DNA from: Longimicrobiales bacterium
GTDB taxonomy: Bacteria > Gemmatimonadota > Gemmatimonadetes > Longimicrobiales > Gaopeijiaceae
Direction of reading: 5' to 3'
DNA: 64,000 nucleotides
NCBI GenBank assembly: GCA_965248195.1
Contig: CBDFIQ010000002.1
Span: 384,001-448,000, forward strand
Each line of letters opens with the position of its first letter. Positions within the stretch are counted from its first letter, which is position 1. The notes beneath the pieces were generated by a model. It did no database searches, was not told where the DNA came from, and saw nothing but the letters and a program-made list of their open reading frames with translations. Position numbers and translations under genes: made by a program. Positions 31,013 to 41,415 of this stretch are shown here, one piece after another.

Positions 31013-31765
31013 CTATGGCTGCGGTTGTATGACGACGCGGGCGAGACTCTGCGGGTCGGGTTGGAGTTCGTCATCTCCCGCCGGCATCCCGCCGACCGTG
31101 AGCATGTAGGCGATGACATCGGCATACTCCTGCTCAGTCAGAGAGTTCGGATTGTCTTCCGGCATCGTCGCCCGCGTGTATTCGAACAGGGTGGCAAGCG
31201 ATCTTCCCTCCCAGACGCGGAGGAACCTTGCCCGCGCCAGAGGGGGTGTGGACCGCATATCCGGATCCTCCGGAGCGCCATTCAATCTGCGGCCATGACA
31301 AATACCACAGGCGCCCGGGTACACCGCCTGGCCGCGGGTCGCCTGGGCCTCAGTGAATACACCATCCCAGACCGATACTATTGGGCCGGCCTCCTCGAGT
31401 TCCTCTAGCACCGCGGCTACTTCTTCGGTGCTCACACTGCCAAAGTCGTTCGCCCACGCGTTGCGAACGTAATTTGCCAAAAAGGAGATTTCCTCCGCGG
31501 TCAAATCAGGGAATGCAGGCATGCGCCTCCTGCCCTGGTGGATGCTGCTGACGACCCGGACAGGGTCCCCGAGCCGGTCATTGCCGCTCAAGGCTGGAAA
31601 CGTCGGTGGATCGCCGACGCCTGAGTCCTGATGGCAAAACGCGCAGTTCCCCTGGTAGAGTTGCTGCCCTTGCTCGGATAGGACCGTGTCGATTCCTTGT
31701 GGCGCAACGGCAACCGGGGCGATGACGAACGCCAGACCCACAACACCGACCACGAGCTTCAACAT
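31013..31765 (-). CDS. Di-heme c-type cytochrome
   Basis: CAFCH and CGICH motifs, signal peptide. Confidence 0.9.
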   Translation of the reverse strand: MLKLVVGVVGLAFVIAPVAVAPQGIDTVLSEQGQQLYQGNCAFCHQDSGVGDPPTFPALSGNDRLGDPVRVVSSIHQGRRRMPAFPDLTAEEISFLANYVRNAWANDFGSVSTEEVAAVLEELEEAGPIVSVWDGVFTEAQATRGQAVYPGACGICHGRRLNGAPEDPDMRSTPPLARARFLRVWEGRSLATLFEYTRATMPEDNPNSLTEQEYADVIAYMLTVGGMPAGDDELQPDPQSLARVVIQPQP

Positions 31766-31801
31766 CAGAGGTTCTCTCCCATCTCGTGGAGGGGTCTTAA
31801 G

Positions 31802-32758
31802 TCAGGACCAGACATCGGCATCGGAGAGTTCCAGGTCCAAAGCGAGCTCCGCCCTTATCGTAACGTCCGTCTTCATGTCGCCGTCGCTGCGAAAGGGGAA
31901 ATATTTCTTTCCAGAAACAAAGAGCCTGTACTCGCCTTTCGGAACCCTCACCTCCGCCACGCCGCGCTCGTCTGTGAAGGTTTTGTAGGGGTGAACCACA
32001 ACCTTGGCACCTTGGACGGGGGTCTGACTCTCCCTGTCTATGGCGACGACCGTCAAGAGACACTCGGGAGTGGGAACGGCTCTCACGCCAAACGGGGTGA
32101 TACACGGGGCGTGCGGGGTATCCGGACCGTCCGCGGGACCGTCCGCCAGGACCTTGGCTTCCCATTCATGAAGCCCCTCCGTGTCGGGGGCGTTCAGGTC
32201 CACCTCCGTATGATAAAGCGCGGCGGTGCCGGGCCATGGCTCGCCGCTGAGTGTGGCCGTCGCCCGCTTTTTCCCGTCCTGGTCGCGGACCTCGACCGTC
32301 CAACCGTCGGGCCGGCACTCGGAGGAGCACTTGACCCCCAGCTTGAGGCTGAACTTCTCGCCGCATTCGATGGTCGACGGCACGTCCCATACGACGACAC
32401 GCGTTTCGTGTGGTTTGACGGTGAATGAGAACGGCGCCGAAGTTTCCTCACGCGAAATGCCTGCCGTCGTGCAAGCCGGGAACACGGCCAGCCAAGTGTA
32501 GGCCCCCGGCCCGACCGGCGCCTTCACCACGAACTCAGTCGTCTCGTTGGCCTCACCGTCGAATTCGGTAAGCTCAACGCTCTCTGCCAAAGCGCCGTCT
32601 TGGTCCATGATCAGGAGGGTCTTCCCCCTCAGGTCTCCGGCTGGGGAGCAGGAAACCTTGCCCCTCAGAGTCATGTCGGAGCCGGCGTCGACCTCACTGG
32701 GCGACGCCTCGACGCTACACGCGCTGATCTTGCCCGTCATATCGTCGTCGTCGGCCAT
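31802..32758 (-). CDS. Hypothetical beta-sandwich protein with a C-terminal carboxypeptidase-regulatory-like domain
   Basis: Internal duplication; GAKV..TDERGVAEV; lies between the flavoprotein and cytochrome genes. Confidence 0.7.
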   Translation of the reverse strand: MADDDDMTGKISACSVEASPSEVDAGSDMTLRGKVSCSPAGDLRGKTLLIMDQDGALAESVELTEFDGEANETTEFVVKAPVGPGAYTWLAVFPACTTAGISREETSAPFSFTVKPHETRVVVWDVPSTIECGEKFSLKLGVKCSSECRPDGWTVEVRDQDGKKRATATLSGEPWPGTAALYHTEVDLNAPDTEGLHEWEAKVLADGPADGPDTPHAPCITPFGVRAVPTPECLLTVVAIDRESQTPVQGAKVVVHPYKTFTDERGVAEVRVPKGEYRLFVSGKKYFPFRSDGDMKTDVTIRAELALDLELSDADVWS

Positions 32759-32812
32759 GCACGCTGAGCCCTTCCGGTGGGCTAGGATCCCCACCGGACA
32801 TCAAGGTGACGA

Positions 32813-34897
32813 CTAGATGGACGGCTCTTCGACCGCATGCGTGCCGGCGATGTAGCCGTGGACGTGGCCCTTGCCCAGGCCATGCTTGTTGAACCCCCCC
32901 ACGGCCTCGCCCCCCGCATAGAGACCGGGAATGACCTGGCCCCGCATGTCCACGACCTGCTGCCGGCCGTTGACCCGCAGGCCGCCATAGGAATCGTGCC
33001 AGATCACCATGATCGAGAGCGCATAGAAGGGCGGGGTCGCGATGTGATTCATGGGGGCATCCGCCTCGCGCTCGAATTCGGGATCGGCGCCGGCGTCCAC
33101 ATAGCTGTTCCAGGTGGCCACCGTCTCGGCCAGGTAACTCAGTGGCACCCGCTGGAACTCATGGCCCGCAGCGATCTTCTCGGCCAAGTCCTCAATGGTA
33201 TCGGCCTTGAAGAAGTAGCCGTTGTCGGACACATAGGGATAGCGTAGCTCCCACCCCGTACGCTCGACGGCATCCTGATCGAAGACGGCCCAAAGCGGCC
33301 CTGAGTAGTAGTCGGGAGGCTGCGACCCCTCGTTTAGTGCCAGTGCGGCATCGAGGCCGTGGTCATAATTGTACATCTCCCGGACCCACTCCTTCCGGCA
33401 ATTGCGCCAGTCGAGCGGCGTGTGCGCAATCCCTTGGCCTGGGGCTCCACCGTCGCCCGGGTATCGGCTTAAACCAGGCCTAGCGGGCAGACGGACCTCG
33501 CTGAAGAAACGCTTCCCGACCTGGTTCACGGCGATGAGCTCTTCGAAGCCGGCGTTGCCGACGTTGATCCCAGCGGAGGCGCGGTAACCGAAAGTCGGGT
33601 GACCGGGCATCATGGTGGTATACGCATCCCGGGTGCCCAGGCGCGTCGCGATGTGGAACGTCGTTTGATACGAGACGTTCTGTTGCATCCCCGCCAGGTT
33701 GGCGCCAACCCTCAATCCGGCAATGAGCGCTGATGCGTCCTGACCCTGGGGGCCTTGCAGGGCAATGCCGCTTGTCGGGAAAGCTGGTTCCCGCAAGGCC
33801 GGGTAGAACATGCTGCGGACCTCGGGATTACCCGCGTGACCGCCGCTGGCGAGGATGACGGCCTGGCGGGCCCTGATGTTCACCGTCTCCCGCCGCTCAT
33901 CGATATTGCCGTTCTGCCAATAACTCTGCAGAAGCTGCCCGGTCTCAGGGTGCTGCCGCGGCGAGTATTGGGCCTTGATCCCCAGCACCTTGCCCGCGAA
34001 GGGTTCCTCACGCACGATCTCGTCAAAACTGCGATGGAGCATGAACTCGACGCCCTTCTCCCGGGCCGAGAACTCCAGCGGCCGGGAGAGGGCCACACCG
34101 TTGCCTACGGCGTTGGGTCCGGCAGTGCGGCTGGTGTCATTCATTTGCACCGGCGCGAAGGAACTCGTGCGCTCGGGATCGGCGACGCCCGCGTCCTCCG
34201 CTGTGATGGTTCCCGCCTTCATGTCCGTCTTGTTGCCCAGCATGAGGAAGCAGCGCGCCGCCCTTGCGCGCGACAAGCCGCCGCCGCCGTGGGTGCCGGT
34301 GATCCGCGCGAACCGGACATAGTTGTCGATCAGGAATTGCCGGGTGGCCGGACAGTTCTCGGCCCAAGCACGCACCAGCTCCCGCTCGTTGTACCTGTAT
34401 GGGCTCTGAGCTTTGGGGTCGACGACCGACCAGTCGGTGATGTCCGTGAACAGGAGGTCGACGTTGTCATCGAGCTCTTCCGGATCCTCGCGTGGAGCTA
34501 CTGTGATGAGCCCCTCAAGGTCACTCTCGCCCTTCATATCTCTGCGCTGTACTGGGTCGCCTCCGCCGAGCGACACGAGGGACCCGCTGTGCAACATCCT
34601 GCCGCCAAGGTCGAAATTCTGATCGACCACCAGCACACTGGCCCCGAGATCCCTCGCGCGAATGGCCGCAGTCAGGCCTGCGCACCCGCCCCCCGCGATA
34701 ACGACATCTACTTCATAGTCCCATACGGTTTGTTCGGCGCCAGTCGCTGGGACTTGCGCCTGCGCCTCGTCTGGCTCCAACAGAGCGCCCGCACCCAGCC
34801 CGGCGGCAACTCCCGTCTTGACGAAATCTCGCCTGTTGAGACCTCCCTCGTTCTCGAGCTTTGGGTCGTTCCCGGGATTGTCGCCTTTCTTTGCCAT
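32813..34897 (-). CDS. Tat-exported FAD-binding oxidoreductase (flavocytochrome c flavin subunit / FAD_binding_2 family)
   Basis: NRRDFVK Tat motif, DVVIAGGGCAG, ILASGG, GGLRVN, IPGLYAGGE; GGAGGA RBS. Confidence 0.9.
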   Translation of the reverse strand: MAKKGDNPGNDPKLENEGGLNRRDFVKTGVAAGLGAGALLEPDEAQAQVPATGAEQTVWDYEVDVVIAGGGCAGLTAAIRARDLGASVLVVDQNFDLGGRMLHSGSLVSLGGGDPVQRRDMKGESDLEGLITVAPREDPEELDDNVDLLFTDITDWSVVDPKAQSPYRYNERELVRAWAENCPATRQFLIDNYVRFARITGTHGGGGLSRARAARCFLMLGNKTDMKAGTITAEDAGVADPERTSSFAPVQMNDTSRTAGPNAVGNGVALSRPLEFSAREKGVEFMLHRSFDEIVREEPFAGKVLGIKAQYSPRQHPETGQLLQSYWQNGNIDERRETVNIRARQAVILASGGHAGNPEVRSMFYPALREPAFPTSGIALQGPQGQDASALIAGLRVGANLAGMQQNVSYQTTFHIATRLGTRDAYTTMMPGHPTFGYRASAGINVGNAGFEELIAVNQVGKRFFSEVRLPARPGLSRYPGDGGAPGQGIAHTPLDWRNCRKEWVREMYNYDHGLDAALALNEGSQPPDYYSGPLWAVFDQDAVERTGWELRYPYVSDNGYFFKADTIEDLAEKIAAGHEFQRVPLSYLAETVATWNSYVDAGADPEFEREADAPMNHIATPPFYALSIMVIWHDSYGGLRVNGRQQVVDMRGQVIPGLYAGGEAVGGFNKHGLGKGHVHGYIAGTHAVEEPSI

Positions 34898-35298
34898 GTC
34901 TAGTCCTCCCCAAATGGCCGCCACGAGTAACCGTGCTCGCTGGTCGGTGACCCAGAGCCACCTAACACGACCCTGGAACCAAGCCTGACCGATTCAGAAG
35001 AGGATCCAAAGGCCGTTGCGCTCGACCACGGTAGCAGGGGACGCAGTGCTCCTGCAAGCGGTCCGCAGCGGCAGCTTCGACAAAGTGACCGTCGTGAAGC
35101 GGGCAGCTGACTTTGAGACCGTCAGCGCAGCTACCTCAGTGATCTTCTCGATATCGTCGGTGGGACGGGGCTGCCGCTGGAGGCTGGAAGGACACCGTGA
35201 GCCTCAAACGTGCCTACCAGCAGGCCGACGCCGAGACTATCTTATCTGTCGTTCTCAACGGCGGTGAGTTGAGGGAGGAGCCGGCTGAGACGGTTCCC

Positions 35299-35315
35299 TT
35301 CTTGCACACAACATT
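35299..35315. repeat. 17-bp direct repeat, copy 2
   Basis: Exact match to 28814-28830. Confidence 0.85.
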
Positions 35316-35341
35316 ACACACCGCATCCGTAAGTTGTTGCA

Positions 35342-35415
<74 letters not shown>

Positions 35416-35428
35416 TTGACGGAAGTAC

Positions 35429-35466
35429 AAGCCCCGCTTGGTCTTAGGTGACCGGGCGGGGCTTTT
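35429..35466 (+). terminator. Hairpin plus T-tract after the tRNA; part of the repeated element left end
   Basis: AAGCCCCGC...GCGGGGCTTTT; near-identical copy at 45069-45101. Confidence 0.75.
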
Positions 35467-35779
35467 GGGTTCCAGTCCAGGTGGAGTTCCCGCTGTTCAT
35501 TCCCGCTGTTCAGTTACGGGACGCCCTAGAGACTCGCCGCAGGGGGGCAGGCGGAAGTGGCGTGAGAAGCATTCTTCCGGCTGAAGGCTCACTCACGCCT
35601 CCCCAACGACAAGACGGCCACCTCCGAACGATTTGGGGTCCTGTAGGTTGGGTCCCGCGCCCGTTGAACGAGAAGACGGACAACTCCGAACGAGGGGGGT
35701 GGAGGTCGCTCCGGCACACCGCTTGCATCTGGTAAAATCACCGCTTGGGCTACCAAACGTAGCAAAAGGAGGGTGCAAA

Positions 35780-35947
35780 GTGGCCAATGAGGACTTGGAC
35801 CTTGACGAGATCCTGCTAGGGGAAAGTAGGCTCAGCGGGGACGACGGCGACCTTTTCCAGGAGGGAGAAGGCTTCGTCGTTGGCGAGCAGCTTGGAGACT
35901 TCGAGGGCTTCGAGGGCTTGACGAGATCGCGGCCCTTCCCTGATTGA
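35780..35947 (+). CDS. Putative 55-aa acidic microprotein
   Basis: AAGGAGG RBS before GTG, TGGTAAAAT extended -10 at about 35730; no family recognised. Confidence 0.4.
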   Translation: MANEDLDLDEILLGESRLSGDDGDLFQEGEGFVVGEQLGDFEGFEGLTRSRPFPD

Positions 35948-36187
35948 CACGGTCCTAACTTCGTTCGGGCGTTGGAGCCACCATCAAGTCCCATCAAGCC
36001 GAGCTGGAACCGCCGTCGAGGTCCCACGAGTAGATGCCCATGCGTTGAAGCTACGGGCGACGATTAGGCGGTGCGATGGCCGGGTGGGACTACGACTCAG
36101 CCCCCGCTGGCTTCACCTCTAACTTGCGGCTCTGGTTTCTCAGGTATCGCGTATAATCGACTGCGCTCACTACTAGGAAGACAGCCC

Positions 36188-37255
36188 ATGGGTAGGGACG
36201 TCGAGGTTGCAATCCTGTTCGCCGACGTGGTGGGCAGCACGCAGCTCTACGAACAACTAGGCGACGCACAGGCCCGCGAAATGGTCGCTCGGTGTCTCGA
36301 GATCATGCGGGATGCGACCGAGGCTTGTGCCGGCACGGTCATCAAGACGATGGGCGACGAAGTCATGTCGACCTTTCCTACCGCCGATGACGCGATGAAT
36401 GCCGCGAAACGCATGCAGGAAACCATTGCCGCCGAAGACTCGCTCGCCCACGACAATGGCCACGTCGCGATTCGTATTGGCTGTCATTTCGGGCCAGTCG
36501 TGCAGGAGAACAGGGACATCTTCGGCTCGGCGGTTCATACCGCTAACCGGATGACGAGCCAGGCTAAGGCGAAGCAGGTCATTACGACTTCCGGGACGGT
36601 GGATCAACTCTCCACTGAGTGGCGGAGTATGGTGCGCCAGATCGACGTGGCAACCGTGCGCGGCCGGGCCGACGACGTCACCCTGTTCGAAGTGCTCTGG
36701 CAACCCGAGGAAGCAACCAGCATGCTGCCGGCGGTCGGATTCGGCACATCGAAGAGCAGAACGAAGAAGAGCAGAACGAAAAAGTTGAGTCTGACCTACC
36801 AGGATCAGGAGATCACCGTCGGCGAGGGCCGCAAGAGTGCGACGCTCGGCCGGGCCGACGACAACGATGTGGTCGTCAAAGGGAATCTCATCTCGCGACT
36901 ACACGTGCGAGTCGAGACCAGCAAAAATCGCTTCACGCTGGTGGACGAGAGCACTAACGGTACGTTCGTCCAGACGCTTGCCGGTGAGGAGATCTTCGTG
37001 CGCCGGGATTCGACCGCGCTCGTCGGTGAAGGCACGATCGGGCTCGGACGTGTCGCCCAGCCGGGCACGGCGCTCGCCGTGCACTACATTGTCGAAGACT
37101 TACCGCTTAAATCGAGACTCTGGAGAGCGCCTCGAGTTCCTCCTCGAAGTAGGACGACCGATTCTCAGGTCCCCTCACGCAGTGACGGCCGACCGGCAAT
37201 ACGTGACCCGTTCGACGTATCCTCCGAAGCCGAATGTTCGCACCAGACGCATTGA
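36188..37255 (+). CDS. Class III adenylate/guanylate cyclase with C-terminal FHA domain
   Basis: ILFADVVGST, KTMGDEVM, DIFGSAVHTANRM; FHA GR..ISRLH..STNGT; tail after HYIVED looks like read-through. Confidence 0.9.
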   Translation: MGRDVEVAILFADVVGSTQLYEQLGDAQAREMVARCLEIMRDATEACAGTVIKTMGDEVMSTFPTADDAMNAAKRMQETIAAEDSLAHDNGHVAIRIGCHFGPVVQENRDIFGSAVHTANRMTSQAKAKQVITTSGTVDQLSTEWRSMVRQIDVATVRGRADDVTLFEVLWQPEEATSMLPAVGFGTSKSRTKKSRTKKLSLTYQDQEITVGEGRKSATLGRADDNDVVVKGNLISRLHVRVETSKNRFTLVDESTNGTFVQTLAGEEIFVRRDSTALVGEGTIGLGRVAQPGTALAVHYIVEDLPLKSRLWRAPRVPPRSRTTDSQVPSRSDGRPAIRDPFDVSSEAECSHQTH

Positions 37256-39526
37256 TAGAGTCTGTACACGGTTCGTAGCAGCCTGTTCGGGACTCGTACG
37301 CCACTGCGCAAGCCGGTTGCGCTGATGCTCGATCCACAAATCGATGTCCGGAAGGTCGTGCGCGGTGAATTGGGCGGCGGCCAGCCAGTCGTCTCGGATC
37401 CCGGCCACGCCGAGTAGGATTTCGACCGGGTTGGTGCAGAAGCCGGTGACCAACCCTGCCACCGACCACCACCGGATGGGTGCCGCGAGGGTCGTATCGG
37501 CAATGATACTCAACGGGTCGAAGCCGGTGCCGGCCACGCCTGCTAGGGCGACGACCGCATCGGCGGGCGGCTGACCGATCGGGTCGATCTCGAGCGGGGG
37601 CAGCGCAGTAGCGTCCAGACGCCGTATGCTTTCGGCGACGGGCGCGGGAATCGCCGACGCGACTTCTTGCGTCCAAAGTTGACTCACCGACGTTGCGGTC
37701 CTGGTCATCGCCAGGACGGTGAACAGGAGCGCCAGCACGGCGAGCCCGATCGCGCCTGCGCCGAGCGGGATGCCCACGGTAAACCAACGAGGCCGAGGCT
37801 TGGCCGGAGAGTGCGTGCGTCCGACGGTCGAAAGCCAATGCTCGACCGAGCTGCCGGGGGCGGGCCTTGTCGATCGGAAAACACTCCGGAACAGGTGGCC
37901 GAACCTGAACCGATGCCGAATCAGCCCCTGGGGAACGGCGAGCACACCGGCCACGATGAGACACACCAGGGGTGGAAGGAGATATCGCACGATGTCCCGC
38001 AGCCCGACTGGCGTAAAGAAATCGGGTGCGAGCCTGGATCCCGTCATCCACCAGATCGGGCTTACGACGACATAACCCAGGGCGAGCAGCAGGAGGCCGC
38101 ACGTGATCCGCCTGAGAATGAGGAGCCGCTGCCGGTTCGCCTCGCTCAGTAACGCGTATGGGCCGTATCCGTTGACCACCGCCGGCGTGTCGGGTACGTG
38201 GTCCAAGGCCACGTCGAGCACGACTCCGAACGGATAGCCGAGACTTCGGGCCGCAAGAAAATGTCGAAAGAGATTCCAGGTCCGGCCCACGGTAGCCGCA
38301 GCCGCGAGCAAGCCGAAAGCGAGCAGGACCGTCAGATTAGTGGTCCAGACCGACTCTACGCCCGTCCCGGGGGCGAGCGCGGCAGACGTGGGAAGCCACA
38401 TCGCGACGGCGGAGCCCAGGGCAGCCGCTGCCACGGCTCCCAACGAAGTGAGGACACGCCACCCCGTGGAGCGAAGCGTGCGTAACCCCGGTGGGGGCCA
38501 CCCGACCGACTCGCGGGTTCTGCGTAGTACCGCGCTGGCCACGGCGGCGGCCGACGGACGGGCGGCGTGATCCTTGGCCAAACAACGGCCCACGACCCCG
38601 GCGAGGAAGGGGTCGATGTCGGGCCGCACTCTGGCGAGGTCGGGCGGGACATCTTTGATATGCGCGGCCAAATACGCCTCGGGCGCCTCCGCGATGAACG
38701 GTTTTCGACCGGCCAGCAGCTCGAACGCCACCACCCCGAGGCTGTACACGTCGCTCCGGTCAGTGAGTTCTCCAACACTCGCCTGCTCGGGACTCATGTA
38801 CGCGGGCGTACCGACCGCCACGCCCTGGAGGGTGAGCTCCTCGTCGCCGGCGAGCGCGTCCGGCTTGAGGGCGGCGCTGATGCCGAAGTCGAGCACCGTG
38901 GCCTCGCCGGTTTCTCGATCAATTACAATGTTTGAGGGTTTGATGTCGCGATGCAAGACTCCGCGGTCATGCGCGGCCGCGAGTGCAGACGCGACTTCGC
39001 CGATCACGGCGCGAGCGGTCGTTTCGGGGATCTGCGTCTCCGAGCGCATGAGATGCGCGACGGTCGGGCCATTCACGAACTGCATGACGATATACGGCTT
39101 TTTCGTGCGCGGGAGCGCACCCACCTGATAGATGTCGATCACGTGAGGATCGACGATACCGGCCGCGGCTTCGGCCTCGCGGGTGAAACGGGCGCGAGCG
39201 AGCGGGTCACCGGCGAGTTCGGCGGAGAGCACTTTGATGGCCACCATCCGGCGGAGCGCAAGGTCGCGACCCAGATACACCGTGCTCATGCCGCCCGCGC
39301 CGAGCCCGCGCACCAGCTCGATACCGGGCTCTAGGGCCTTCCGCAGCGCGGCGGCCGTCTTGTCATTCCGAGGGATGCTCGACGCCTGGCCCGCGGATCC
39401 GTCGATCTTGGTTACGTCGCTCCCGGCGGCCGCGCGGAGATCCTTTCCGCACTCGCCGCAGGTCTCGTCGTCCGGAGCCGTTGCAGCACCGCAGGCGGCG
39501 CAAGCCGGGGCCTCGGTCAAGGGCAT
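37175..39526 (-). CDS. Membrane Ser/Thr protein kinase with N-terminal zinc ribbon
   Basis: CxxC..CxxC, LGAGGMSTVY, VAIK, HRDIKPSN, DFG, GTPAYMSPEQ, several TM segments. Confidence 0.93.
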   Translation of the reverse strand: MPLTEAPACAACGAATAPDDETCGECGKDLRAAAGSDVTKIDGSAGQASSIPRNDKTAAALRKALEPGIELVRGLGAGGMSTVYLGRDLALRRMVAIKVLSAELAGDPLARARFTREAEAAAGIVDPHVIDIYQVGALPRTKKPYIVMQFVNGPTVAHLMRSETQIPETTARAVIGEVASALAAAHDRGVLHRDIKPSNIVIDRETGEATVLDFGISAALKPDALAGDEELTLQGVAVGTPAYMSPEQASVGELTDRSDVYSLGVVAFELLAGRKPFIAEAPEAYLAAHIKDVPPDLARVRPDIDPFLAGVVGRCLAKDHAARPSAAAVASAVLRRTRESVGWPPPGLRTLRSTGWRVLTSLGAVAAAALGSAVAMWLPTSAALAPGTGVESVWTTNLTVLLAFGLLAAAATVGRTWNLFRHFLAARSLGYPFGVVLDVALDHVPDTPAVVNGYGPYALLSEANRQRLLILRRITCGLLLLALGYVVVSPIWWMTGSRLAPDFFTPVGLRDIVRYLLPPLVCLIVAGVLAVPQGLIRHRFRFGHLFRSVFRSTRPAPGSSVEHWLSTVGRTHSPAKPRPRWFTVGIPLGAGAIGLAVLALLFTVLAMTRTATSVSQLWTQEVASAIPAPVAESIRRLDATALPPLEIDPIGQPPADAVVALAGVAGTGFDPLSIIADTTLAAPIRWWSVAGLVTGFCTNPVEILLGVAGIRDDWLAAAQFTAHDLPDIDLWIEHQRNRLAQWRTSPEQAATNRVQTLSMRLVRTFGFGGYVERVTYCRSAVTA

Positions 39527-39811
39527 ACCTCGTGGGTTTCAGGACGGGGGATGTACACCTTCAAAAGTCGAACTCTTTGGTGTACGTCAGCAAGTTCGAT
39601 CTCCAGTCACGATGACCGAGGTCAACATCCTGCAACGCCGGTGCTCTGATTCCCTTGAACGCACTTGCCGTCGAGGTGTGTGGCTCCACTCCTATATACT
39701 AGAACCGATGAGCCAATCGCGATAACGGAGGACCGATCTCTCTACCCAGGGAGGCTCGGTGGCAGATGCTTCAGGCCGATTGGCGCGGCCTAAGGAGTGC
39801 CTTGAACCGGA

Positions 39812-39860
39812 GCTGTAACAAGAAAAGCCTGAGGGCAATAACACTGGCAGTTACACTGGC
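39812..39860 (+). repeat. Orphan element left-arm motif
   Basis: GCTGTAACAAGAAAAGCCTGAGGGC then AATAACACTGGCAGTTACACTGGC; matches 48230, 62560 and 63291. Confidence 0.75.
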
Positions 39861-41415
39861 GCGACTGGATGGTGACCTTTCCAGCGCGACGGCTAGATCG
39901 GCTTGCGTTCAAGTACGTCACGCCAATGAGGCTGAGATCGGTTTTGCAGTTTTTTGGACCCGTTGGTCAGGACGTGCGCATAGGTGAGTGTTAGGATGGC
40001 TGCGACGGTGAAGTCCTCGTGCCGTCCTCATGCAGGGACCGAGCCACCTGACACCTTCGCGATGGTCTTGATCCGGTCCGTTAAGCTCGTCGTGGAGCAA
40101 CTACGAGTCGGAGTCCAAGGGTCACGCTCCAGGCCCGCCGCACCAGTTGATGCGCACGCACCGCGGGATCGAGGGCGCAGAGTAGTGATCCCGAGCGCCC
40201 CAATGTGCACCTCTCGCTCGAGGCATCCTTTGACTCCACTCAGTCTAACAGAAGCCAATTCCGCAGATTTTTCGGGGCTGGCTACGCCGGAGTGGTAGAA
40301 ACACGGCTTGTCGAGCGCTTAAAAAGTGAACTGGAACAGAGGGCGGAGCGAGGTGGCTTCATCGAGCTCCAGGTCACGCCCCAGAGCGCCACACCAGACA
40401 CGTCCGTTACCCACAGGCTCCAGGCGATCGCACGCATTAACGGCGACGAGGAGATCTTATTCGAGGCGACCCTACGCAGCAATGATGGCGTCCAAGTCCG
40501 GCACTTCCAGGCGCCCGTGTTACTCCCACAGGACTTCGGCCTTCAGTGGTCCGATCTTGAGAAGGAAGCAACGCGGCCAGGAGCGGGCGGCGACCCGAGT
40601 GCCCCCGTGGCACAGCTGTTCTCCGAGGAGCTTGTAGGCCTGGTCGCCGAGAACCTCTACCGCTGGCTTTTTGCCTCGACTGTCCGATTCCGGGTGGGCG
40701 TGGCCCCTTTTATCAATCTGGGCCCGGATACCCTAGACTACGGGTACCTCACTCAGTCCCTGGCGACGTACGTACGAACCGAACTCGCGGGTTCTCTCGC
40801 CCTGTCCGTGTTGGGTGCAACCGCACAGGGGGACCAACACTATACAATCCAAGGTGAATTCTCCGTCGTCGACGGCGGGATGCGGATCGATATCTCGTGC
40901 ATCAAGCAACCGGACGGACGCGTTCTGACCAGTAGTTTCATCCTAGTGGACAGGTTGGACCTCCCCACTCTGTCCGAGGCGGTCAGCCGACTGACCCGCC
41001 GAATGAGCTGGGCTATGGAGAGCGACTTCCGGCTCGAGACCAAGAGTCTAGTTGTCGCGGGTGTCGTGGATTCTCGCGCGAGGTCCGGGGGGGTCATATC
41101 AGACGAAGACCTCTCGATGGCCACGGAAGTCGTTCGCGCGGTCAGCCGAAAATTCGGCCTACTTACACTCGGGAACGGGCCCGACGATCGCGTAGTCAAT
41201 CTCGCGGTCCGATCCGCCGAGTCGCAGGTGCAGCCTGCGTCAGACTTCGACCCACTCTCTACACTGATGGCGAATGAGGCGGACTATCTCGTCCTCGTCG
41301 GCTATGGCGACCTTGGTGATCGTGTCCGTCTGAGTGCCCAACTCTTCTTCTTCGATCCGGACCATCCAGGTAGCGCGGAACCTGTCAACGACAATGGGAC
41401 ACTCTACGGGATTAA

